A stretch of DNA of 61,509 nucleotides, the filler included, from Choristocarpus tenellus KU-1152 (lineage: Eukaryota; Protista; Phaeophyceae): NCBI GenBank assembly GCA_964200185.2. It is 14 parts of 14 records of this genome, joined end to end, with 100 filler letters (N's around TTAATTAATTAA, not from the genome) between each part and the next. Parts side by side here need not be neighbours in the genome. Positions count along the whole stretch, not along the records: positions 47,156 to 50,139 come from CAXNAD020023157.1; positions 50,240 to 61,509 come from CAXNAD020002414.1; 12 more parts are not named here. One strand, given 5' to 3'. A model generated the notes under the pieces. It was not told where the DNA came from, did no database searches, and saw only the letters and a list, made by a program, of their open reading frames with translations. A program made the position numbers and the translations under genes. Positions 48,364 to 58,921 of this stretch are shown here, piece by piece (position 1 is the stretch's first letter; every line of letters begins with the position of its first letter).

Positions 48364-50000
48364 GTGGATTGCATGGAAAACTCGTTTCTGAACTTTTATA
48401 GTCACAACCAGGACATCACGTGCGTTCAGGGCGGAGCTGGATGGACCATCTGGAGGAAGGAGCAGAGTGCGAATGAGTGGGACATTTACACAGAGGGAAG
48501 GATGGTACTTCACAATGGTTGTATGGGAGTGGCGCTGGATAGTGTGATGGAGTATGAGGGACCCAGAACTGTCATAGACGCGTTGTGCGAGCATTATGAA
48601 CCTCGTACTTTGGATGAGAGACTTCAGGCTGACGAGGAGTTCCGGTCCATCAAGCTTTGACCTGGGGAGGAATCCCAACCATATATTCTGAATGCCCATC
48701 GAGTGGATAGAAGGCTTACTTCATTGGGACAAATGATCAGCGATGAGGAATTGAATGTAGCTATTCTCGATGGACTGATCCAAAGTATCTGGAGGGGGGG
48801 GGAGAACTACACCAGGGTGTCCATTTGGGTCAAAATCAGGAAAAGTGTACTTACATCATCCATCCGACGTATGCAACCGAATCACACAAAAATCGCGACA
48901 TAAAAAATTCACCCCAAATGGACAGACGCCCCCCCAATTCAGATACTTTGAGCCGCTACCAGCAGAATATGAACTTGAACGACAAACATTGATAATGAGA
49001 GCAACAACTCTAACTAGGACGGAGTTGGAGAAGGGATTCGCGAACAGATTTGGCCAGTTAAAAACTGAGATAGCTGGCCATCAGGGGAGGATGGCGGTAG
49101 CTTTGGCGACCAGGAGGCAGGATGTGACACCACGGTCGGAGCAGATAAAATGCTACACCTGTGGCAAGAAGGGACACTACAGCAATAAATGCTCCGGTAG
49201 TAATAAGGAGTGCGACATATCTGTGGGAAGATGGGACATTCGGCAGCAACATGCCGTGAACGACATTGGGGCTCGGGAGATCATGGTCATACTGCCGGTG
49301 GAGGTGCTGGAAATGGTGGGAACAATGATGATACTGATGGAAGCGAGAGCACTGAGGATCGGGCTTCATATGGTACGAATGTTGGCAGGAGACACCGTTG
49401 CAGGGGAGGAGCGCTGGTCGTGACCAACAAGTTAACCTGCGACGTGGGGAAACCAACAGATGTTGAAGAATGGATTATTGATACTGGTGCAAAGTGGTCA
49501 AATGAAAAATCCTTTCACCGGCGTGTACGAGGTTGGAAGTGCAATAACAGTGGAGACAAGGTGATTGTCGGAGATGGACAGGAACACGACGTTGCTGGAT
49601 GGGGCTGGATGGAGATGGTAGTGAGACCATGAAGAAGGTTGCTGTAGTTCCCACACTAGCCTAAAACCTAGGTTCTGTTCGAATCATCTGCGAGACGTCA
49701 GAGCGACAGAGTATTGTGAGGTCTGATTCGTTGACAATTGAGGGAAATCATGGCCTGGATGTTGTAGTCATACCCGTGGTGAATGGATTCTACATAAGCT
49801 ACATGTATAGGTTTCTGCCTCAACAAGCCTCGACTGGATTAATGGTCACACCAAAGGCTCAGGTAGATATTGACGAACTTTACCGACGCCTTGACCATCC
49901 TAATGAACAGGTGACACACAAGACTGCAACAACCAATGGCATTGACCTCACTGGAACTTGGGGGCCATGTGTTGGATGTTTACAGGCCAAAGCATATTGA
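48364..50000 (+). mobile_element. Ty1/copia gag-protease-GAG-pre-integrase pseudogene
   Basis: gag (AILDGL/PAEYE), two CCHC knuckles (CYTCGKKGHYSNKC, xHICGKMGHSAATC), protease WIIDTGA and VGDG, then RRLDH...C..C; stops and frameshifts. Confidence 0.92.
48777..48954 (+). mobile_element. MITE family B (178 bp) inserted in copia gag
   Basis: TIRs gatccaaagtatctg / cagatactttgagcc; removing it plus 3 bp restores D-G-L-P-A-E-Y. Confidence 0.9.
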
Positions 50001-50262
50001 TGTACGTTATCATTTCCTTAGGCAGTTAGTTAGGGGACAAGATCATAGAAGTTGTGCATATGGGATCTGAGGAGTGTTAAAACATAGGCTACTCATTTGT
50101 TTCCTGTTGATATGATACACAATACTACCAGATTGTACTNNNNNNNNNNNNNNNNNNNNNNNNNNNNNNNNNNNNNNNNNNNNTTAATTAATTAANNNNN
50201 NNNNNNNNNNNNNNNNNNNNNNNNNNNNNNNNNNNNNNNTCACTCCCCATCCCCATCTCTCT

Positions 50263-51985
50263 TCAGAGGTTTTGGTGCCTCGGTGGGGGGGGGGGCTTAG
50301 CAGCACCATCCATCCACTCCTTTCCAGTGATTCCAGATTTTAGACCGCTGAAAATGTTCCTGTCGATCAAGGTCAGGAAGCACAAGCTGCTCATGGATTT
50401 GGTGTGTTTACATACATTATATGTAAGTATTAATAGTTGTCTATTATGTAGGACTTGATAGACACATTTGAAGTTGGACTCTAAGAAACTAATGGTTGAA
50501 TATGTGTGATGCCGATTACTGAGGACAATAGAAAAGAGGAATTGACAAAATACTCTTACGATGCAGGACATCACTCATGAGGTCTGACATTAGTGACTCT
50601 GGAGAGGGCTTAGGTCTCGTTCATTCATATCCTCCATTGTTCTCATAACATCCCAAGGTATGATTACAACAGCAAAATGCCAAAATGCCATAACTCCAAA
50701 CAACTAGGATTATCTGGGGTGACTGGATGAGCTTATCATACCCAGTGAGTACTTACTACTAGCAAGAATATTTCTACATTTCACAGTATGAATGAGATCT
50801 TTAGCCACCATTGACAGTGTAAAGATGGATAGAGAATTGTACTAGTTGAGAGGTCTATGGGGAAGTCAGGAGGCAAGATCTATGGAGGAGTTCAGCCCAA
50901 TTTCTGGTGAGCTCAACCTTCCTAGGATAGATCAAAGCTTGCCCTTTGGGGAAAGAAAACAAAGTGGCACACACTATATTTGTAGTTCTCAGGAGAAAAA
51001 ATAATTTCAAACACACAATTGGAACATTAGAGCATTGCGCAGGAATGATAAGGTGATACACGCGCTAAAATGGTCACATTTTGGACTGTCACAACATTAC
51101 CATATTGTTCAAAAAGAGCTCAGTGATTGAAAAAACATAAATGGTTGAATTTCCAGTTGTGTGCGGTATGGCCAAGGTTGATGATCTCTTGGAAGACATG
51201 GCAAGGAATTTTCTGTCCAAGATAATTACAGAGTACCTTAACCCCAAGGTCCTTTCTACCTATTGAAAATGGTAGCTTTCTTAGACGCGTGTTCGAAATG
51301 GTGTTAAGGTGGAACTAAGAGTGAGTCATTAGCTAAGTGGTAAATGAGTTCAAGATCAGTGGATGAGGAAGAGATACGATATTTAAGACCGGAAGGGGTT
51401 TCGCTCTACTTCAGGCAGTCACCCTTGGTGATGATGGCTACAAACTCCCAAAGTTGGATGGCACTGTAACACCATTTGCGTGTATGGTGCAATTGTGCAT
51501 AGAGTGGGGCAAGGGAGATGACTTTGCGGTGTGCAGGACAGCAGAGCGGGTGAAGAAGGAAGTATCTAGCCAGCCAGCTACGCGGGCGGCCCACCTATAC
51601 AACCTCACCCTACTCTACCCAGTCACCACCACAAAACAACCAGACGTATGATCACAGGAACAGGTGTGAAAATTTGACCATAGTAACTGGTACAACCTGG
51701 AGAAAGAGTAACAACATAAAGCAGATGACTGGTTCCATGGCTTTGTCTAGATGGTAACACTGGGCACACAGCACCTCTCCGCATATACCCCCCTCCACCC
51801 CTAGGGGTCATTGGACCATGGTGTCTCTAGTACCACACTAACCATTGCAGCTCAAGCATGAGTTAACAATGGATTTACTCTTGAATTAGGCCATAGTCTT
51901 CCGAACTGTTACTGCTGGACTATGCTGTTGCTCCAAAACAATATCACATAAGTGTACTGTGGCGCCCAACCCAAAGCTGCTATTC

Positions 51986-52029
<44 letters not shown>

Positions 52030-55000
52030 TCCATTTCCTTATTTCAATTAGGCAAGTTGCCCGACGCTTGTAGGGCCTCACATGCGTGATCCCCTTTCAG
52101 CCCAGTGCCCTGATATCTGAAGGACAATATTCAGTTATCAACCTTTACACTCCATCTTTTACCATATCAACCTTCCTATTTTATTTGCTAATTCTCACCT
52201 GTAGTCTCGCTGTGCCGTCAAAGAGCCATCAGCCCCCTTCCCCTCTCTGGCCTCATCAACTTCCCAATGGTCACTGAACGCCAGATCAGACTTTACCTCA
52301 AAGGTCAGGCCTGCTGCTTCAGGCAAGGATAATGCTTCCACACACATCTCTGCTACATCATTCCTGTTCAATGAAGGCGGAGGGGAGAAGGACACTTTGT
52401 CCAGGTGAGGGAGTTCCTTGGAGTCATAACTGTAACCTGTAAACACATAAAACTTCAAGTTGAACTACAAACAAATACATATATATGTATTTATCTACAA
52501 AGAATACAATGGGTTAATTCAAATAAGATATTTCTTGACACATCAACAAACCATGCAGAAACTCAGGAAAAAAAAAGGCTTCAACATACCAACACCAAAT
52601 TCAAGTATTAGCAATGACCAGACCTGCTAATCTTTCCTTTGATGGTATCTCCCTGTGAGACTATCATCGGTGCACCCTTTGGCTCCTCAGTGAGAGCACA
52701 GGGACGAATGATGGTGGCCTGTACACCACTGCCTCTCACTACATCCTCAGCTTTGAGCTTGTAGGTCAAGAGACCCTTCAGCATGTCATTCATGCGCACC
52801 TGTGTGTTTGTACACGCATGGAAAAAAAAAAATTAGAAATGAGTTACTTTGAAGTCCTAATTCACTCATGAGTGAACAAACAAACCTTACTACCATAAAC
52901 GAACCTACCCAAACAAAAATACAGCACTGGGCAACAACAGTCTACAGTTCTTTGTTTACCACATAAATGATTTCACCCTAGCTTCTACTTTGACAACAGC
53001 CATCGAGGATTTAAAAATGAAAGATAACATCAGTTTGGAAGGAGACAAAAGCCTCTTCAGGTATAGCTTGAGGAACCCTTCACACTTGGGTAAAGGCATT
53101 AGACATAAGCACGATTGTATTCATCCTCTTTCCCATAAACCTTGACGAAATACACTAGAATATGAAAATTGAGCTTACCTTATTCCATCAAGGTCTGAAA
53201 GTATGACACAATGGTTACACCACCCTTCAATCTCTTACCTCAGAGTCCTGTTCAAGGCGTGGCGTGCTTACTCTTGACGCTTCTCAAATGTATGCGTATG
53301 ACCCCCACCCACCCCCCTTGACCCTTCAGGTAAATCAAAATGCTATGCCATACACAAAGTATTTGGCCCCCCTGTACCCAAACTTCAGTGTTACACGATC
53401 ACCATCAATAGGGTTAGGGCTGTTTGAGCCACATCATTGCAATTTGTACATCGTCATCCTCAGTATAGATTAAGAAATCAGCGAAGCGTGCTTTGCACCA
53501 GTGCATAACAGACCAAGTTCGGAACAATGAAACAGAGACAAAGAACTATACCATGTCAAACCACTCCCATGACAAGGTCCCACAAGATTGCTCGGCCACA
53601 TCACAAGCACTTTTCCAATTGGTGCTCAAGGATTGCCATTCAAAGATGACTGCACACCGAATACATCTGCAAACAACAGAAAATTGTTGTAGATTTCAGG
53701 TTACAACCCCAAGATGTGTGCTGACTACTAACAAGGTTACTGCCCTTTCCTATGGCCCATTGTAAGCATATTGCTGCCTCTGTTCTGTATCACCAGTGAC
53801 CAACAAAATCTGATCCACAGGACCCATGGCAAAGACCTTCAAGGCGACATTTGGGCACAGAAATATGCTCAAGTCATTGCCTGTAGCGTCCAGCACCAGG
53901 ATAATGCAGCCCACAAAAAAATTGTTTCTGTGCAGACTGGTGTTGCTCTGTAGTGATACATATATATATACACATACAAATACACATATTTTTATTATGC
54001 AGTACGTACTCCAAAGTGAGAAAAAGTGTTCCATCAATTCTTGTTTGCACAAACAGGATGCAGAAGCAGTACTGCCAGCTGATCAAAAGCAATACATTGC
54101 ACAGGACATCAAACTCTTCAACTGAATTCCTGCCCCTACTTTTTCCTCTGCAATACTACTCTTTAATTATTTGCAAGTATGCTGTATCACGAAACTTGCC
54201 AATAAAGCACAAACTCAACTGGTGCAACTATCCTCAACACCACATCTGTCCTCCTAATCGTTCAAATCACAACTCGCGATCTCGTCGGATCATCAATCTT
54301 CCTTTCGCAAACATGTTGCACAGTAACCCCAAACAAGTAGTACAGTGCTACTGAATGGCACGGTGACACAGACATGCTGGGCCATCATCAGCCGGCGATA
54401 CCAATTAGGCAGGGAGTGTCTCAGTCCATGTAGAATATTTCCGACATCCTCCTCCTTCACTTGCTGCTATAGATCAAGCTACACGTGCACATGACTGCTT
54501 CTGACACCTGTAATTGTGATAAATTGTCAAGTACAACCAATCTTTGGACTCTTCCCACCCAAGGTTTGACATCAGTTCACCAGGTCCAGAAACATGCAAG
54601 CCTTGACTACCAAGCACTGACAGGCGCCCCATCCATATCAACTTCAACCATTTATTGTCCTCACATGAGAGGTTTAGAACCTATAGTCTTCCTTTCACAA
54701 GTAGGACTGCCAGTAATGACAGCTGTCAGTAGATAACGTACCTATCCCCCCACTCACCACCTGCCATCAGTCAGTACATTTTAAGACGCTATGGATAAGG
54801 TGCCGAGGCCGCCTAAGTAAGCATCATATCACACAACACCAATAACCAAGTGCATTTGAGGTACGAAAGCAATTCAAAAGAGGATCTACCCGAGTACCTG
54901 GTGCCATGTTCAACAGCAACCAAACAAACCTCCAAAAAACAAGAAGCAGTCACAGAGTCAACAACTTTACTCATGACTATGAATTGGTTGAAGTCGAGTC

Positions 55001-57352
55001 AACTAGACCATCTACACGGGAATCGGCTTGCTGCTTCCCAAACTATTTGCTGGTCATCTAGATCATCTTCCGCCCCAAACCAGCCATACTCCAACCAATC
55101 CCGCTCAGTCAAAATCATTGATGTATTTCAAATGCTTGCCCCCAAGGCCTATCAACTTCTGGTTCACCACTGGAGCCTGTATTTTGTGAGTGCATTTGCC
55201 CCGGTATCCCCCCATTCAGTAGCCTCATTTGGACTACTTCTGTATCTTGGTTGCTGGGTCTAGCTAGCATGGCAATAATGTCGCAGCCTGACCGTCACGC
55301 AGGCACCTTCAGGATCCTGTTCTTGAGGAGCTCCTGTAGCTTGAAAGTACATAGCATCTTCTCAGCCTTGTTTTTGCATTTTCCATTCCACTCATGTTTG
55401 CACTTTCTTTGTCAAAGGAGCCCCGAAATAACATTGAACCTCCATGGGACATTTGAAGGAGAAGTCCTTTCCCCCCTTAGAAACAGTTACAACCTCAAGG
55501 TCATATCCAGGGAAGAAAATCTACCCCATCTATCAGCAGCTTGCTGATTTTGATGACAGATCAGTTCCTGCTAACTAAACGTTGGTGTGGCGGCAGATTG
55601 GTACGACCGCATATTATACAGCTGATGTATAAATATACCTCTGAAGGAATGCACTCTATCCATTGTACCGATATCTGTTTCTTTCACATCATTGACTCAA
55701 TCACTTCTATACTACTTCTGGGAAACGAGTGAGATTACCTTAGGGTTAGGGTACGATTTTTGCCCTGTTTGTCTGTTTGGGGCTTGGCTTCCCTTCTTTT
55801 TTTTTTTAATGTCATTTTACCTACTCCAAAATATTCTGGAGCAAGGTAAAACATACACGTTATGAAAAGTCTTGTCGGAACAAGGATATTGACACTTCCT
55901 CACAAACACGATTTTAATTTTAGTCAAAAATTACATCAAAACCGCAACATTGGATTTTGGTCCCCAAATGGACGTGGCTCTACCCTCTAATATGCTTTGA
56001 ATCCAACACTTTAAGCAATCAAGGTCCAAGTTTTATGAGTGGTGCATCCTCATATTCCCATTCTGTGAGATTAGTTTCCTCCCTATCATGGTGTAACAAG
56101 GATCATAGTCAAGAAGATAACAGAGAGTCCTGTGGCTGCTGCAGGATCAACGCATCTGTCCTCAAGTCAAGGCTTACTATCGAACCCTCTCTTCCTCGAT
56201 CGACCTCCAGTCCCTAAACTACTCTACTTCAAGCGCAGCAACTCTATGGATGCAATGCAACACTCTATCGAATGCAATCGCCATACATGCATTCGACTCT
56301 GGTGACAGAAACATTAAAAGACCAAATTCATGGAACTAGCTCATGGCATCCATCATCTCAATGCATAATATTATCCTACAATTCAAGCATTGGCTGGATA
56401 CTCAAGGGGAGCATGGCACTCAGTGCCCAACAAGGGCAATTATCAACACTTCACAGCATGACATGAACAAAAGATGAATGGAACATGAGGTATGTTCTTG
56501 CGCCAATCCTAAAAAAATAAATAAACCAAGACCGAAAACTCAACCTTGGTGACCATGGTAGGAAGGAGGTACGCCTATGAATACTTTCTTCTTCTTTTTT
56601 TTTCGCACTATTTTTTCCTCCTCCTTGCGGGGGGTCGGAAAGGGGTCGCCAGCAAGAAAAAAAGGACAATAAAAAATTATACGCATCACACAAAATACTG
56701 AACCGAAACGAAAACTCTGCCCTAGGAAAAATAAATAAATAACTAACGAAATTCACAGAAGTCAGGAAACGAAACAACTGAATCTTCAGAACACAACAAA
56801 AAAAAATTAATGGCACCAAGGAAGTGCTTAAAAAAAACAAAAACAAACACACACACACACAAACGATCTGCACGGTAGAATAGAAAGAGTCGGAAAGAAA
56901 AAAGAAACATACCAGCACGTGCCCTTACCGCGGGTGGCTCTCCATCGAGATCCAGACCAGGCTTACCAGGACGAGTTACCCCCGCAGAGCTGACGTGTAC
57001 AATGCGAGGGGGTGATGCCCCTGACGTTTCATCCTTCTTGACTGCCTGAACCACAGCAGCGCATTAACGAGTGAGGTCTTGAAAGGAACAAAGGATTCAA
57101 ATGGTAAATGAGGGTTAATTCATGATAAATAAATAAATAAATAAATGTTCTCGTCAAAATGTAACAATCAAACTAGAAATGCTGCACTTCCACAACGTTA
57201 ATGCATGTTTGCTCTCACAGCGAAATCTAAAAGTTTTTTTTTTTTTTAACCAAATGGGGTAAAAATAAAATTACCGCCTTTCATTACATTTTCCGAGGTT
57301 GGTGAAATAGAGATTGAAATGCCAAGGTTATTTCACCATTCGGCAAGATGTG

Positions 57353-57411
<59 letters not shown>

Positions 57412-57469
57412 GGGAGAGCGGGGTGTAGGGNNNNNNNNNNAAAAGAAGGTTTCATTATGAATTGGGGTG

Positions 57470-57544
<75 letters not shown>

Positions 57545-57738
57545 GTGTTTGTGGTGTGTGTGTGTGAAGGGGTCAAAAGGCAATACCACTCTTTGCTGAT
57601 AAGAACAGTACAACCCACTCCAGGCTAAGTCTGAGCAACAACTCAAAAAAATAAAAATATTTCTTCAGAGCCTCAGGGGTCTTGAAGTATAAACGGCCAC
57701 TGGAGTATCCTTAACCAATCTGTGCACACACAGCACAT

Positions 57739-57769
<31 letters not shown>

Positions 57770-58921
57770 GATACACAATGACACTGACACTGGCACACAC
57801 TCACCTTAATGGAGGAGATACTTAGGGAAAACTGGCCGGGTTTGAATGCTGGGTTGAGATCTCCATCGTACTCAAACTTCGATAGCATCAATTGGAACGA
57901 GTGAATCTCCCCGATGTTGAGAGGTGTGGTATCCTTCATGGTCTTTGTTCGGAAGATAGGACTGTTTTGTTTTATTTTGTCCCGTGCACAACAGCAAATA
58001 GCAACAATATTAATCAATTAAAAATAAAAACAATACCAATAATAATAATAATGACAACAACAATCAATATATCAATAACAATACCAATAATAATGACAAC
58101 AGCAATCAATATCAATAACAATTACCAATAATAATGACAACAACAATCAATATCAATAACAATTACCAATAATAATAATAACAATGATAACGAAAACAAC
58201 AACAATCAATAACAATACCAATAATACCAATACCAATACCAATAACAACCATAAAAAGGACTGGAGGTGGGGAGGAGGGGAAGGGCAATCCTTCCGCACA
58301 CATGACGGTAGTAACTCAGTAGTAAAATGCTCGTATAAAGGCAAACGAGTGTCCACGCCAACAAAAAAGGCTAAGGTTGGAGGTGTTCGACAAGTCAGAA
58401 TGTAAAGACTACACAAGGAACCTGTACCACCGATGACACAGGTATGCACAGATGGCACAGAGCATCACAGATGGCACAGAGCATGCGTGTGCCACCTGTA
58501 CATACCTGTTGCATCGATTCACGTGTACAAGTTTTTTGGGAACACAAAATGCAAGGGATTCCGTGTTGGAAGGTGACTGCTGTGATTGATGCCAATGACA
58601 CCAAAAAAAAGCTCAAGCCATCCCACAAACATTCACACGGGCATGATAGATACAGCTCTAGAGGTCGGGCAGACACTCAAAACACACACACACACACACA
58701 CACACACCTCCACACACCTCCACAACCCTCACCTCTTCCTGCCCCTTCCTCTCACGCCCGGTACTCCCCTCCTCAACCCAACCGAACATTTGCCAATCTA
58801 CTCTCTTCCCCACAGTGCCCACCTGAAGCTGTCAAAGGCAATATCTACATCCATCCACTCCCCCTCCACCGTATCGAAGGACTTGCACCATGACATGCGA
58901 TCCCAGCCAGGAGAGTCGTAA
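50263..58921 (-). CDS. NAD(P)-binding Rossmann-fold protein with CIA30 domain (plant At4g18810 / cyanobacterial CIA30-NmrA type), six 3' exons
   Basis: Exons 58921-58823, 57961-57805, 57045-56929, 52799-52624, 52363-52199, 50359-50263; all GT-AG and in phase. Motifs FQLMLSKFEYDGDLNP, VHVSSAGVTRPG, EPPAVRMN, LTYKLKAED, IIRPCALTEEP, QGDTIKGKISRNDVAE, TFEVKS, LKSGITGKE. The 5' exons were not found in the window. Confidence 0.93.
50850..51500 (+). mobile_element. Very degenerate copia RT remnant in an intron
   Basis: VDDLL-like motif near 51176 in purine-rich decayed coding sequence. Confidence 0.25.
51988..52025. repeat. (CA)n microsatellite
   Basis: Direct observation. Confidence 0.95.
55727..56003 (-). 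mobile_element. MITE family A, full copy (intronic) with TTAGGG dimer inside its TIR
   Basis: gagtgagattaccttagggttagggtacg...taccctctaatatgctttgaatc; flanks aaac/caac. Confidence 0.88.
57349..57566. repeat. (GT)n microsatellite block with internal 10-N gap
   Basis: Direct observation; intronic. Confidence 0.95.
58020..58250. repeat. AAT/AAC/AATACC low-complexity tandem repeats
   Basis: Direct observation; intronic. Confidence 0.9.

Noticed and set aside
53500-55700. Intronic ORFs of 60-137 aa in the CIA30 gene
   Set aside because: Appear to be decayed LINE-like sequence; no intact domain.
57328-58458. His/Thr-rich and Asn/Ile-rich ORFs
   Set aside because: Translations of intronic microsatellites.
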